A DNA stretch of 60,161 nucleotides from positions 1 through 60,161 of the forward strand of contig DOWS01000020.1 in NCBI GenBank assembly GCA_003519445.1, written 5' to 3'. The notes under the pieces were generated by a model. That model was given only the letters and a program-made list of their open reading frames with translations. It was not told the DNA's origin and ran no database searches. The stretch's first letter is position 1, and each line of letters begins with the position of its first letter. A program made the position numbers and the translations under genes. This DNA is from Candidatus Daviesbacteria bacterium. GTDB taxonomy: Bacteria; Patescibacteriota; Microgenomatia; Daviesbacterales; UBA10151. Positions 40,707-50,705 of this stretch are shown one piece after another.

Positions 40707-41972
40707 TTAGATCATATCAGTTAATTTTCCATACTTTTTGATGAAATCTACGGCATCTTTTCTAGTCCCTGAGGAGAGCAGTTTTTCCAGAATATAGAAT
40801 AAATCGTGCAGCGAAACAAACATCTTCACAAAATTAGGTATGGCCAATCCTTTATATTGTTTAAGCGCACCATTCTCAAGCATAAAATTGATAAAGATAA
40901 CTCCTCCTAAAGCATAATTTCCCATAAATTTAGTTTTCTTGTATTGTTCTATCAGATAAAAACTTCTGCAAATAAATGTCACAAACATGGATACAAGCTG
41001 TTTATCTGTAATTATGTCTTTGACAAGTAAAGACCCTGCTATTCTCATTCCCAAAACAGTGGCACTAAGCTCATAAAGCGCGGGAAGTAAATCTTGAAGC
41101 TTTGTAAATGCATTTTTATAGTATAAGTAGCTGTGAGCTATCTCATGAAGCGCCACATAACGCAAGCTGGCTCTTCTTAAATCTTCCCTGCTAAATCCTT
41201 GTCTAAATCCGGGTGAAAAGAACTTATTAAAGGCAGGAATTATCTGTTCCTCCATTCTGAAGTCATTGGCATTTTCAAAGAGTGTAATTTCAGAACCGTA
41301 TTTTTTAACCCATTGGAGATCATTGGGTAGATTTACTCCGATAAACTTGGTTCTAGCCATCAAGCCGGAGAATAAAAGCACATCATCAACTTTTGATTTA
41401 ACCAGATGATTTTCCTCAATTCTTTCTCCGGGAATTAAAGCTTTTCTGTGAGTAGCCAAAGCTACATCTTCATAAAGCTTAAGCCTTTTTGTTCTTTTTT
41501 CATTAATTACTCCAACCCAAGCCTGATAAGAAGCTTTGGCAAAAAACAATTGTTCGTCGAAATATACAACAGGCCCTATTGAGATATCCAGAATATAGGG
41601 TGGCATTTTAAGCCAAGTGGCAATGGCTTTTTCATAGGTTCCGTCCAGCAGGGCTTTGGCCTGCACTTTTAGGGCATTGGCAAATTGTTTATTGTCGCTT
41701 ACTTTGGCAGCTTCTTCCAGCTTTTCAGCCACAGGTTTTAACAATTTGGCATATTTAACATGATATGGAGTTGCCACCAGTTTACCCTTGACTTTTTCCA
41801 CCACCGTATAGGGAGAAGAAGAGAATGAATCATTTTTTGCCTGTTTTTCCTGTTCCAGATAGATCGGGGCAATTAATTTGCCTGCTTCTACCAGAAGATC
41901 TAAAACTTTTCTTTCGTTTTTGGAAAGTTTAGGCAATTTTGGATTAAATTCTAATAAAGGTAAATCGCTCAT
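40707..41972 (-). CDS. putative zinc metallopeptidase, M49 (DPP III)-like with pentapeptide HEIAH
   Basis: VALHEIAHSY (HExxH), downstream LYELSATVLG, GVNLPNDLQWVKKYGSEITLFEN (resembles the M49 NLPND block). ATGA overlap with greA. Confidence 0.45.
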   Translation of the reverse strand: MSDLPLLEFNPKLPKLSKNERKVLDLLVEAGKLIAPIYLEQEKQAKNDSFSSSPYTVVEKVKGKLVATPYHVKYAKLLKPVAEKLEEAAKVSDNKQFANALKVQAKALLDGTYEKAIATWLKMPPYILDISIGPVVYFDEQLFFAKASYQAWVGVINEKRTKRLKLYEDVALATHRKALIPGERIEENHLVKSKVDDVLLFSGLMARTKFIGVNLPNDLQWVKKYGSEITLFENANDFRMEEQIIPAFNKFFSPGFRQGFSREDLRRASLRYVALHEIAHSYLYYKNAFTKLQDLLPALYELSATVLGMRIAGSLLVKDIITDKQLVSMFVTFICRSFYLIEQYKKTKFMGNYALGGVIFINFMLENGALKQYKGLAIPNFVKMFVSLHDLFYILEKLLSSGTRKDAVDFIKKYGKLTDMI

Positions 41973-42457
41973 TTTATCTCCAGTACTTTACACTTATACC
42001 TGACAATTGGCGTGGCTACATCTACCTCTTCCCCTTTTTTAGCTCCGAGCAGGGCCATGCCCAAAGGGCACTCATTGGAAATTCTTTTTTTGGAAGGATC
42101 TGCCTCCACCCTTCCCACAATTTTGAATTCATCAATCCCGTCATCCATTTCTATTTTAACAGTTGACCCAATCACTATAAAGTCAGTTGTTTGTTTTTCC
42201 GAGATAACTTTGGCGCTTTTTAAAATATTCTCCAGCTCGGAAATCCTGTTTTCCATCATGGCCTGCTCGTCCATGGCTGCGTCATATTCGGAGTTTTCCG
42301 TGATATCTCCATACTCCCTGGCCTGATGGATCCGCTCTGCAATTTGCACCCTTTTGGTTTTCTTAAGATATTCCAGTTCAATCCTGGCATCTGAAAGACC
42401 TTTTGAAGTGAGATACGTATTTTTAATTTCTCTAGAGCTCTTCTGTATTTTTGACAT
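41969..42457 (-). CDS. greA: transcription elongation factor GreA
   Basis: LTSKGLSDARIELEYLK, AREYGDITENSEYDAAMDEQ, C-terminal FKBP-like domain. Start moved to ATG 42457 (MSKIQ). Confidence 0.9.
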   Translation of the reverse strand: MSKIQKSSREIKNTYLTSKGLSDARIELEYLKKTKRVQIAERIHQAREYGDITENSEYDAAMDEQAMMENRISELENILKSAKVISEKQTTDFIVIGSTVKIEMDDGIDEFKIVGRVEADPSKKRISNECPLGMALLGAKKGEEVDVATPIVRYKCKVLEIK

Positions 42458-42463
42458 CGGCAA

Positions 42464-42469
42464 ATTTTA
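42464..42469 (-). promoter_or_regulatory. -10 box TAAAAT, 6 nt upstream of greA ATG 42457
   Basis: Minus strand: TAAAAT-ttgccg-ATG. Read-through from the tRNA-Glu promoter is also possible. Confidence 0.35.
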
Positions 42470-42495
42470 ATTCAAATCCCCACAAATGTCAATTG

Positions 42496-42567
42496 TAGCG
42501 CATAGGGGAATCGGACCCCTGCCTCTGCCTTGAGAAAGCAGCGTCTTAACCGCTTGACTAATGCGCC
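42496..42567 (-). tRNA. tRNA-Glu (anticodon CUC)
   Basis: GGCGCAT TA GTC AAGCGGTTAA GAC G CTGCT TTCTCAA GGCAG AGGC AGGGG TCCGATT CCCCT ATGCGCT A. 7-bp acceptor, 5-bp anticodon and T stems. CCA not encoded. Confidence 0.85.
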
Positions 42568-42579
42568 TTAAACACCAAA

Positions 42580-42588
42580 ATTATACCA
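42580..42588 (-). promoter_or_regulatory. extended -10 (TGG-TATAAT) for tRNA-Glu
   Basis: Minus strand tggTATAAT, 12 nt upstream of the mature tRNA 5' end. Confidence 0.45.
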
Positions 42589-42592
42589 ATTG

Positions 42593-42622
42593 TTGACCCG
42601 TAGATAAAGCTTCTGTTACTCT
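42593..42622 (+). promoter_or_regulatory. TTGACC-18-(TGT)TACTCT promoter, -10 ends 6 nt before ATG 42629
   Basis: ttgacc 42593-98, tgtTACTCT 42614-22, taaaac, ATG. Confidence 0.35.
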
Positions 42623-42628
42623 TAAAAC

Positions 42629-43909
42629 ATGTCAACTGCTCTTTTGATATTGGTAACCATCGCAAGCGTTATTTCGGTTATGGCAGCAATAATTTGGATT
42701 TTAAAACTACGGAGGCAGCTGTCTGAAAATACCAGAAATGCAGCACAACTTGCCCCTACTTTGCGCCAACTGGAGACAGAACGGGATATTGCCATTGCGG
42801 CCAGAGATAAAACAAATGAGATTCTTGCTTCCGTCATAGATGGCATTGTGGCCCTGGATTTTAATAAAAATGTCATTTTGCTAAATAAAGCTGCCCAGGA
42901 GTTAACAGGCTACAGCGAAACGGAAATTCAAGGTAGGCCAATTGATCGGATGATTCGACTTTTTAGCGAACAGGAAGAAATTCTGCCCAAAACTTATTGT
43001 CAGGGCAGTTTCAATAAACCTGTCAAAGTGGTGGGGAAAGAGGGCAAGCAAACAAAAGTTAACCTGATGACCACCCAGGCAGAGGGATCAGTCCAAACCA
43101 ATTTAGGCTGTATTTTAATTTTGCATGATTTATCCAAAGAAGAAGAACTGGAACAAATGAAATTGGATTTTGTCTCTATGGCATCTCACGAGCTAAAAAC
43201 GCCCCTTACCAGCATTATTGGTTATCTTTCAGTATTTCTGGATGAAGCTGGAAATAAACTTCCCAAGGAAAATTTGGATCTTCTGGATAAAGCATTTGTA
43301 TCTGCCAAACAGCTTCAAACTTTAATCCAGAATTTATTAAATGTTAACAAAATAGAAAGAGAACGCCTTGATGTGGAAGTTGAACCTATTAATTTAAATG
43401 ATAATTTCGGCAAAGCAATTGAGGATTTACAAAACCAGGCTAAACTGAAAAATATCTCGTTGAATTTTTCAAGAGATGATACTCTTCCAAAAGTCCTGGC
43501 CGATCCGGTGCGTATCGGGGAAGTAATCAATAACCTGGTTGCAAACGCCATTAATTATACCTCTGCAGGAGGCAAGATTACCGTTTACATGAAGGCCTCT
43601 CCCAATGAGGTTACCACAACTGTTGAAGATACTGGAATGGGTATATCCCAAGAGGCAATTCCCCATCTTTTTAGCAAATTCTTCCGTGTTTCCAATTCCA
43701 TGCAAAAAGGAAATAAAGGAACTGGTTTGGGACTTTATATCAGCAAATCAATCATCCAAAAACTAAATGGAAAGATTTGGGTAGAATCAGAGGTAGGAAA
43801 GGGGTCTAAATTCCATTTCAGCCTACCTGTGGCAATACAGGATACCAGCTCATTAGACCGGAATAAATTTGTCAGCGAAGCTATTCAAACCGGGGCTTTG
43901 AATTATTAA
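42629..43909 (+). CDS. sensor histidine kinase (TM-PAS-HisKA-HATPase)
   Basis: H-box SMASHELKTPLTSI, N-box NLVANAINYT, G-boxes EDTGMGI / GTGLGLYISK. Confidence 0.85.
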   Translation: MSTALLILVTIASVISVMAAIIWILKLRRQLSENTRNAAQLAPTLRQLETERDIAIAARDKTNEILASVIDGIVALDFNKNVILLNKAAQELTGYSETEIQGRPIDRMIRLFSEQEEILPKTYCQGSFNKPVKVVGKEGKQTKVNLMTTQAEGSVQTNLGCILILHDLSKEEELEQMKLDFVSMASHELKTPLTSIIGYLSVFLDEAGNKLPKENLDLLDKAFVSAKQLQTLIQNLLNVNKIERERLDVEVEPINLNDNFGKAIEDLQNQAKLKNISLNFSRDDTLPKVLADPVRIGEVINNLVANAINYTSAGGKITVYMKASPNEVTTTVEDTGMGISQEAIPHLFSKFFRVSNSMQKGNKGTGLGLYISKSIIQKLNGKIWVESEVGKGSKFHFSLPVAIQDTSSLDRNKFVSEAIQTGALNY

Positions 43910-43934
43910 TTGACTGATATACAATAAATATACT

Positions 43935-44348
43935 ATGGATCCGGCATCTAAAAAAATTTTACTTGTTGAAGATGAAGATTTTATCAGGGAACTTTATGTT
44001 AGGCAACTCACAAAAGCAGGATTCCAGGTTAAAAGCGCTGTTGATGGAACAAGCGGACTGGAAACATTAAAAGCAGAAACCTTTGACCTACTGCTTCTGG
44101 ATATCATGTTGCCGGGAATGAATGGTCTGCAGCTTTTACGGGAATTTAAGACAAATAATCCCACTTCACCCATGATTACCATACTTTTGACTAATTTAGG
44201 CCAAGAGGCTGTTATCAAGGAAGGGTTTGAGCTTGGAGCCCAAGCTTATTTAATTAAAGCATCCTACACTCCGGATCAAGTAGTCAGTGAAGTTAAAAAT
44301 GCCCTTTTTGGTGGCCAACCCGTCCCTCCCCCCAATCCAACTCAATAA
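43935..44348 (+). CDS. stand-alone receiver-domain response regulator
   Basis: ILLVEDEDF, LLLLDIMLPGMNG (phospho-Asp), no output domain. Pro-rich tail. Confidence 0.85.
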   Translation: MDPASKKILLVEDEDFIRELYVRQLTKAGFQVKSAVDGTSGLETLKAETFDLLLLDIMLPGMNGLQLLREFKTNNPTSPMITILLTNLGQEAVIKEGFELGAQAYLIKASYTPDQVVSEVKNALFGGQPVPPPNPTQ

Positions 44349-46355
44349 TTATTTTAAAAAAGGTACTAATAGTAATGCTACTATATTTACTACTTTTATC
44401 ATGGGATTAATGGCAGGGCCCGCCGTGTCTTTATAAGGGTCGCCCACCGTATCGCCGGTCACCGCAGCCTTGTGAGCATCTGATCCTTTTCCTCCAAATT
44501 TGCCGGACTCAATATATTTTTTGGCATTATCCCAGGCAGCTCCACCAGTGGTCATGGAAATGGCCACAAAAATCCCTGTAATTATTGACCCCACCAGCAT
44601 CCCGCCTAAAGCCACCGGCCCCAAGACAAATCCTACAATAACTGGGGCCAAAACCGGAATTAAAGCGGGGATTAACATCTCTTTTTGTGCAGAAGCTGTC
44701 ACAATTTCCACACATCTGGCATAATCCGGTTTGGCTTTTCCCTCCATAATTCCCTTAATAGTTTTAAACTGACGGCGGACTTCCTCTACCACTGCCCCTC
44801 CGGCTTTGCCCACTGCCTCCATGGCAAAGGAAGCAAAAAGATAGGGGAGTGATCCTCCCACAAAAAGCCCTACAATCACCTTAGGGTCAGATAAACTAAA
44901 TTGCAGCTCCCTGCCAATTGAGACAAATTCCTGCGAATAGGCCGCGAATAAAACCAGAGCTGCCAGACCGGCCGAGGCAATGGCATAACCTTTGGTCACA
45001 GCCTTAGTAGTATTACCCACTGCGTCCAATGGATCTGTCACTTTACGGACGCTTTCCGGCAGATTAGCCATTTCGGCAATCCCGCCGGCATTATCCGTAA
45101 TCGGGCCAAAAGCATCAATGGCCACAATAATCCCGGCCAAAGACAGCATTCCCACTGCTGCCAAAGCTATGCCATAAAGCCCTGCCAAAGAAAAAGAAAG
45201 CAATACTGCCGCTGAAATCAAAATAACCGGAGCAAAAGTGGATTTCATGCTGGTGGCAAGACCGGCAATAATATTGGTGGCATGGCCGGTTTGGGATGAT
45301 CCGGCAAGGTGTTGAACAGGACCGTATTTAGTACCTGTATAATACTCTGTAATAAATACCATGCCTGCTGTCACTAAAACTCCAGTCAACAAGGCAAAAT
45401 AAAGATTCAAGGGAATAAAAGTAGCGTTTCCAGCCATTAAACTTGAAACCACCGGATAAAAGCTTAAGGCGCAAAAAGCAATAGTTGCAGCCAACCCCCA
45501 ATACAGCGCCCCCATAATGGCCTTGCCCCGCAGTTTTACAAACAAACTGCCCAAAATTGAGGCTACAGCAGCCACTGCCAAAATAACCAGGGGAAAAGTT
45601 AGCGCTCCTTCAAAAGTTGGCATTAAAAGCTGACCCAAAATCATAGCTGCAATAGCTGTTATTGCATAAGTTTCAAAAATATCAGCTGCCATGCCCGCAT
45701 CATCACCCACATTGTCTCCCACATTATCAGCAATGACTGCCGGATTTCTAGGATCATCCTCCGGAATGCCTGCCTCTATTTTTCCCACCAAATCCGCCCC
45801 CACATCCGCCCCTTTGGTAAAAATTCCTCCGCCCAAACGGGCAAAAACAGAAATCAAGGACCCCCCAAAACCTAAACCAATTAAAGCTTTTAAATCCCCA
45901 CCAGTATACTGGTAAAATCCCCAGACCGCACCCAAAGCCAGTCCTACCACTAAAAATCCGGTGACTGCCCCGCCTTTATAAGCCAAGGAAAAAGCTTCTT
46001 TCAAGCCTTTTTTTGCTTCCTCTGCCACCCTAACATTGGCCCGGACTGCCACAGACATGCCTATAAACCCGGCCAAAGCAGAAAAAAAAGCTCCTGTCAG
46101 AAAACCTACGGCGCTATTTTGCCCGAGAAAATAATAAATTCCGGCTGCCAGAATTACAGCTACCACAGCCACTACCATGTATTGTCTTTTTAAATAAGCA
46201 GCTGCTCCTACTTGAATAGCAGAGGCAATCTCCCTCATCTTCCCATCCCCTGCCGGATGTCGCACAATATCAACAATTAGCCATCCGCCATATGCAAGAG
46301 AAGCCGCCACAGCTGACCAGATAATTAAGCTGGTATTGTTTATAATTAAGTCCAC
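44349..46355 (-). CDS. hppA: membrane-bound ion-translocating pyrophosphatase
   Basis: About 16 [40 protein letters not shown]. Confidence 0.9.
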   Translation of the reverse strand: MDLIINNTSLIIWSAVAASLAYGGWLIVDIVRHPAGDGKMREIASAIQVGAAAYLKRQYMVVAVVAVILAAGIYYFLGQNSAVGFLTGAFFSALAGFIGMSVAVRANVRVAEEAKKGLKEAFSLAYKGGAVTGFLVVGLALGAVWGFYQYTGGDLKALIGLGFGGSLISVFARLGGGIFTKGADVGADLVGKIEAGIPEDDPRNPAVIADNVGDNVGDDAGMAADIFETYAITAIAAMILGQLLMPTFEGALTFPLVILAVAAVASILGSLFVKLRGKAIMGALYWGLAATIAFCALSFYPVVSSLMAGNATFIPLNLYFALLTGVLVTAGMVFITEYYTGTKYGPVQHLAGSSQTGHATNIIAGLATSMKSTFAPVILISAAVLLSFSLAGLYGIALAAVGMLSLAGIIVAIDAFGPITDNAGGIAEMANLPESVRKVTDPLDAVGNTTKAVTKGYAIASAGLAALVLFAAYSQEFVSIGRELQFSLSDPKVIVGLFVGGSLPYLFASFAMEAVGKAGGAVVEEVRRQFKTIKGIMEGKAKPDYARCVEIVTASAQKEMLIPALIPVLAPVIVGFVLGPVALGGMLVGSIITGIFVAISMTTGGAAWDNAKKYIESGKFGGKGSDAHKAAVTGDTVGDPYKDTAGPAINPMIKVVNIVALLLVPFLK

Positions 46356-46362
46356 GAGAAAG

Positions 46363-46392
46363 AATTTACACTACCCTGCTTTATTAAGTCAA
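46363..46392 (-). promoter_or_regulatory. TTGACT-18-TAAATT promoter, -10 ends 7 nt before hppA GTG 46355
   Basis: Minus strand ttgact (46392-87), 18-nt spacer, taaatt (46368-63), ctttctc, GTG. Confidence 0.4.
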
Positions 46393-46410
46393 GAGGCAGC
46401 AACTGAAAAA

Positions 46411-46575
46411 TTACTGTCCTGTAGAACCGGCAGGCGGTGGATTATTTCCACCTTCACTTCCTTCACCTTTCAAACCAGCAACAAAAGCATCAAATACCTT
46501 TCGTCCTTCCGGGGGTAATTCTGAACTATCAAATACTCCCAAACTTCCTCTAACATGAGCTATAAATGCTTCCAT
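46411..46575 (-). CDS. possible small soluble protein (54 aa), below the ORF-track cutoff
   Basis: MEAFIAHVRGSLGVFDSSELPPEGRKVFDAFVAGLKGEGSEGGNNPPPAGSTGQ. No clear promoter or SD. Confidence 0.2.
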   Translation of the reverse strand: MEAFIAHVRGSLGVFDSSELPPEGRKVFDAFVAGLKGEGSEGGNNPPPAGSTGQ

Positions 46576-46599
46576 ACCAGCTTGGTCGTATTCGTAGTA

Positions 46600-46608
46600 T
46601 GGTAATAT
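46600..46608 (+). promoter_or_regulatory. extended -10 (TGG-TAATAT), 8 nt upstream of ATG 46617
   Basis: tggTAATAT-gtccctaa-ATG. Confidence 0.4.
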
Positions 46609-46616
46609 GTCCCTAA

Positions 46617-46841
46617 ATGAACTATTTTATTATTGGCAATTTAGACAAGGAACAACTTGATGGATTGGCTAAACTTATGTTTGATTTAGCTAAAGCATCA
46701 TTTATTTTGGCAATTTTCCCTTCGGCTCTAACTGAAGATTTAACTATCAAATTATTCAAGATATTACTTGGACTATTTTGGGGACTTGTCTGTACCTATC
46801 TCGCTCTGCTATTATTAAAAATGAAAGGAAAATCTTTATGA
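46617..46841 (+). CDS. small 2-TM membrane protein (74 aa)
   Basis: Two hydrophobic helices (ASFILAIFPSAL; LLGLFWGLVCTYLALLLL). Confidence 0.45.
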   Translation: MNYFIIGNLDKEQLDGLAKLMFDLAKASFILAIFPSALTEDLTIKLFKILLGLFWGLVCTYLALLLLKMKGKSL

Positions 46842-46963
46842 GTTTTTCTGAAATCTTATTGCAACTTTATAATACCGGTATTTTAGCTATTGCTATAATG
46901 GCTTTAGCTATTGCCATTGTTATTCACGCTCAACTAAAAAGCCACCCTAGTAAAAGAAGATAA
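46838..46963 (+). CDS. small 1-TM membrane protein (41 aa)
   Basis: MSFSEILLQLYNTGILAIAIMALAIAIVIHAQLKSHPSKRR. ATGA overlap with the preceding ORF. Confidence 0.35.
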   Translation: MSFSEILLQLYNTGILAIAIMALAIAIVIHAQLKSHPSKRR

Positions 46964-46964
46964 T

Positions 46965-49385
46965 TTAGGCCAAATAAGCAGGTTGAAGGGGAAGCGGCTT
47001 GATGATTTTTGGTTGAGGGGATCTAATTAAGGCCTCTTTTAATACATCATCCATATGTTTGACAAAAACAAATTTTAGATCTTTTTGCACATAATCTGGA
47101 ATATCTTCCAAATCCTTTTGATTATCCAGTGGGGCAATAATAGTTTTTACTCCTGCGCGATGAGCGGCCAATATCTTTTCTTTAAACCCGCCAATTTCCA
47201 AAACCCGACCCCGTAAAGTCACTTCCCCTGTCATGGCTACTTCTTTATGAACCGGAATTTTGGTAAATGCGGAAACAATAGCAGTGGTTAAAGTAATACC
47301 TGCTGACGGCCCGTCTTTAGGAATAGCCCCTTCCGGCACATGCACATGCACATCAACTTTTTGGAAAAACCGCTCCGGCAAACCAAGAGAAGTCCAATGA
47401 GCCCTAACATAACTCATGGCAGCCTGACCCGATTCTTTCATCACATCCCCCAGCTGACCTGTGAGGAGCAATCCGCCTTTACCCGGCATCAGGGTTACCT
47501 CAATAAAAAGCACTTCTCCCCCTGCCTCTGTCACGGAAAGACCTGTCACCATACCCACCTCATCTTCTTTTTCAGCCAAAATCGGTAAAAACTTAATTGG
47601 TCCCAAAAACTTATGTATATCATCCGGAGCAATAGCAAAATTTTTGGCCTCACCATTTGCTTCAGCCACTTTTCTGGCCACTTTTCTGATCACGGCAGAC
47701 AATTCCCTTTCCAAATTCCTTACTCCGGCTTCCCTGGTATATTCTCTGATGAGTGAGTATATTGCCTCATCATTAAATTCAATCTGGTCTGGTTTTAACC
47801 CATGATTAGTAATTTGTTTTGGAATCAAAAACTTTTTGGCAATATGGAATTTTTCATCTTCTGTATAACCCGGGTAGCGGATTACTTCCAATCTGTCTCT
47901 TAAAGCAAAGGGGATGGTATCCAAAATATTGGCAGTGGTGATAAACATCACATTGGACAAATCATACGGCACTTCCAGATAATGGTCGGAAAATCCTTCG
48001 TTTTGTTCAGGATCCAAAGCTTCCAAAAGCGCTGCCGAAGGATCGCCGCGGTAATCCGCCCCCAGTTTATCCAGTTCATCCAGCATAAATACCGGGTTAG
48101 AGGCGCCTGCCTGTTTAATTCCCTGGATAATCCTTCCCGGCATACTGCCTACATAAGTCCTTCTGTGGCCTCTTATCTCTGCTTCATCCCTGATCCCCCC
48201 CAAGGAAACTTTGACAAATTTTCTATTTAAGGCCTTGGCAATTGATTTACCGATTGAGGTTTTACCTGTCCCGGGAGGCCCGACAAAACAAAGTATCGGA
48301 CCCTTCATTTTGCCTGCCAATTTATGAACAGCCAGAAACTCTATGATTCTTTCTTTAACTTTTTTTAACCCGTAATGATCTTCATCCAAAATTCCTTCTG
48401 CTTTTTTAAGGTCAACTTTTGATCCTTTTCCAGCTCTCCATGGCATATCAGTCAACCACTCTATATAATTCCGGATATAACCTGCTTCAGGATTGTAAGA
48501 AGACATTTTAGCCAACCTTCCCAGTTCTTTTTTAGCCCGCTCCTGCACCTCTTTGGTCATGCCGGCTTTTTTAATCTTCAGCTCAAACTCTTTGATTTCA
48601 CTATGCTCACCTTCTCCTCCTCCTAATTCCTCCTCAATGCTTTTCATCTGTTCACGCAGAATAGTCTCTTTGGTCATGCGGGAAACCCGCTCCTGGGTTT
48701 GCTGGTTTAGTTTCTGGGAAATCTCCATAATTCTGATCTCTTTGGCCAGCAATTCGGAAAGCCGCTGCAAACGCTCTGCCGCCCCCACCATCTCCAGGAT
48801 TTGCTGTTTATCAATGGTTTTAAAATCAATGGCTTGAGCAACTGAGTTAACCAGATGATTAGGATCATCGCTATAGGTAAAAAGCGACCAGTTAGCCAAA
48901 TTGGCTTGATCAAAAAAAGGATTACCTCCCAGCTCCAGAAACCTCTTAACCTGATCTCTAACTGTCCGGATCAGCGCTTCTGTTTGTTCGCTTTTTTCAT
49001 AAAGCTCGGGGATTTCTTCAATTTCAGCCTCAAGATAGGAATCGGTTCTAATAAAGTTTTTAATATAAACCCTAGCTATGCCTTCTGCCTGCAGAGTATA
49101 TTCGCCTTCAGGATTTTTCACTACCCTGCGGATCAAACAAACAGTACCTACTCTATAAAGATCTTTTTCTCCCGGATCTTCAATGCGGGAGTTTTTTTGG
49201 GTCACGAAAACAATTAACTTATCCATATTCCAAGCTACATCCAGCGCTGCTTTGGATTTGGGCCGTCCGGAGATAATAGGTACGGAGTTGCCCGGGAAAA
49301 TAACCGTATCTCGAAGCGGTCCTATCGGCATGGTAGGCTTAAATTTGATTGGTTCTTGTATAAATGGTTTTAAAGAATCAGGCAT
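46965..49385 (-). CDS. lon: ATP-dependent Lon protease
   Basis: LON N-terminal domain, GPPGTGKTS (Walker A), [17 protein letters not shown] (catalytic Ser), [11 protein letters not shown] (catalytic Lys). Confidence 0.95.
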   Translation of the reverse strand: MPDSLKPFIQEPIKFKPTMPIGPLRDTVIFPGNSVPIISGRPKSKAALDVAWNMDKLIVFVTQKNSRIEDPGEKDLYRVGTVCLIRRVVKNPEGEYTLQAEGIARVYIKNFIRTDSYLEAEIEEIPELYEKSEQTEALIRTVRDQVKRFLELGGNPFFDQANLANWSLFTYSDDPNHLVNSVAQAIDFKTIDKQQILEMVGAAERLQRLSELLAKEIRIMEISQKLNQQTQERVSRMTKETILREQMKSIEEELGGGEGEHSEIKEFELKIKKAGMTKEVQERAKKELGRLAKMSSYNPEAGYIRNYIEWLTDMPWRAGKGSKVDLKKAEGILDEDHYGLKKVKERIIEFLAVHKLAGKMKGPILCFVGPPGTGKTSIGKSIAKALNRKFVKVSLGGIRDEAEIRGHRRTYVGSMPGRIIQGIKQAGASNPVFMLDELDKLGADYRGDPSAALLEALDPEQNEGFSDHYLEVPYDLSNVMFITTANILDTIPFALRDRLEVIRYPGYTEDEKFHIAKKFLIPKQITNHGLKPDQIEFNDEAIYSLIREYTREAGVRNLERELSAVIRKVARKVAEANGEAKNFAIAPDDIHKFLGPIKFLPILAEKEDEVGMVTGLSVTEAGGEVLFIEVTLMPGKGGLLLTGQLGDVMKESGQAAMSYVRAHWTSLGLPERFFQKVDVHVHVPEGAIPKDGPSAGITLTTAIVSAFTKIPVHKEVAMTGEVTLRGRVLEIGGFKEKILAAHRAGVKTIIAPLDNQKDLEDIPDYVQKDLKFVFVKHMDDVLKEALIRSPQPKIIKPLPLQPAYLA

Positions 49386-49417
49386 AGTTATTATTTAGCA
49401 GATTAACATAAAGAGTG

Positions 49418-49951
49418 CTAAAAGTCAATACCTCTTTTAGCCAAAATCCCTTTTTGAAAAGGATGTTTTATTTCTCTCATTTCCGTAGCCAAATCTGCCA
49501 TGTTAATCAATTCCTCCGGCGCATGATGGCCTGTCAGGACTAAATCCACTTGAGTAGGCTTATCCTTAATTAGCTTAACAGCTTTTGATAAAGGAAGCAA
49601 CTTTGAAGAAACAGCCCCTATTAGCTCATCTGCCACTATCACATTCCATTTACCAGATACCAGTTCCTTATATAATAAATCAAAAGTCTCTTTGGCCGCT
49701 TTCTTATGTTCCGCAAGAGGCAGTTTATCCCCTAAAATTTTGACAAAACCTTTTCCTCCCTGAATAATTTTTACCAAAGGGGAAAGTTTTTTAATTCCCG
49801 CTATCTCACCTGTAAACCAGATCTTGCCAAACTGCACTATTAAACATTTCCTCTTATACCCAACAGCCCGCAAAACCAGTCCCAGCGCTGCTGTTGTTTT
49901 CCCCTTGCCTTCACCGGTATATAAAATAACCAGTCCTTTTTCATCACTCAT
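49418..49951 (-). CDS. cobA: cob(I)alamin / cob(I)yrinic acid a,c-diamide adenosyltransferase (CobA/BtuR type)
   Basis: LYTGEGKGKTTAALGLVLRAVG, VIVADELIGA, LVLTGHHAPEELI. Confidence 0.85.
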   Translation of the reverse strand: MSDEKGLVILYTGEGKGKTTAALGLVLRAVGYKRKCLIVQFGKIWFTGEIAGIKKLSPLVKIIQGGKGFVKILGDKLPLAEHKKAAKETFDLLYKELVSGKWNVIVADELIGAVSSKLLPLSKAVKLIKDKPTQVDLVLTGHHAPEELINMADLATEMREIKHPFQKGILAKRGIDF

Positions 49952-49957
49952 GAGCCA

Positions 49958-49966
49958 ATTCTAGCA
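49958..49966 (-). promoter_or_regulatory. extended -10 (TGC-TAGAAT), 6 nt upstream of cobA ATG 49951
   Basis: Minus strand: tgcTAGAAT-tggctc-ATG. Confidence 0.45.
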
Positions 49967-49988
49967 AATATTCTACTGCATCAAATTT

Positions 49989-50028
49989 ACACCCTTGGGG
50001 TGGAATAGGTTGACACCTGCGGATTTTT
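49989..50028 (+). repeat. 40-nt REP-like repeat, copy B (left of the transposase gene)
   Basis: acacccttggggtggaataggttgacacctgcggattttt. Confidence 0.9.
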
Positions 50029-50047
50029 GGATTATATTAGCCTTAAT

Positions 50048-50695
50048 ATGCCTTCAAGAGTTATACCATTTATTAACGGGCAAATATACCATGTTTATAA
50101 TCGCGGAACTGAAAAAAGAAGAATATTTGAAACCCAGCGTGATTATCAAAGATTTCTAAAAACTCTTAATTATTATCATTTAGAAGGGTCAAAGCCAAAG
50201 TTTTCGCAATTTTCCCCAACCAAATCTTTTAAACCAGATTTATCTAAAAAAATAGTAGAAATAATGGCTTATTGCTTAATGCCTAATCACTTCCATTTAC
50301 TTCTAAAACAAGTTCGGGAAGGGGGGATAACTGAATCAGTAAGTAAATTATCAAATAGTTATACAAAGTATTTTAATATTAAACACAGAAGGACCGGATT
50401 ACTGTTACAAGGAGAGTTCAAGTCAGTATTAATAGAAAGCGGCGAACAACTAATCCATGTCTCGCGCTATATCCACCTAAACCCTATCGCCTCTTTTCTT
50501 GTTAAGAATTTGAATGATTATCAATGGTCTTCTTATAAAGAGTATGTTAATAATTTAAAGGGTTTCTGTACAAAAGATGAGGTTTTAGGTTTTTTTAAAC
50601 CTGTCAAATCTTATGAGCAATTTTGTTTAGATCAAGTTTCCTATGCTCAAAGTCTTGAAAGGATTAAACACGCCCTGATTGATATTAACGGTTAA
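50048..50695 (+). CDS. HUH/Y1 tyrosine transposase (IS200-like / REP-associated RAYT type)
   Basis: GQIYHVYNRGTEKRRIFETQRDYQRFL, AYCLMPNHFHLLLKQ (HUH = HFH), SRYIHLNPI (catalytic Tyr), DYQWSSYKEY. Start moved to ATG 50048. TTGACA(50010-15)-17-TATATT(50033-38) lies inside and after repeat B. Confidence 0.8.
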   Translation: MPSRVIPFINGQIYHVYNRGTEKRRIFETQRDYQRFLKTLNYYHLEGSKPKFSQFSPTKSFKPDLSKKIVEIMAYCLMPNHFHLLLKQVREGGITESVSKLSNSYTKYFNIKHRRTGLLLQGEFKSVLIESGEQLIHVSRYIHLNPIASFLVKNLNDYQWSSYKEYVNNLKGFCTKDEVLGFFKPVKSYEQFCLDQVSYAQSLERIKHALIDING

Positions 50696-50705
50696 TTTTT
50701 TATTG

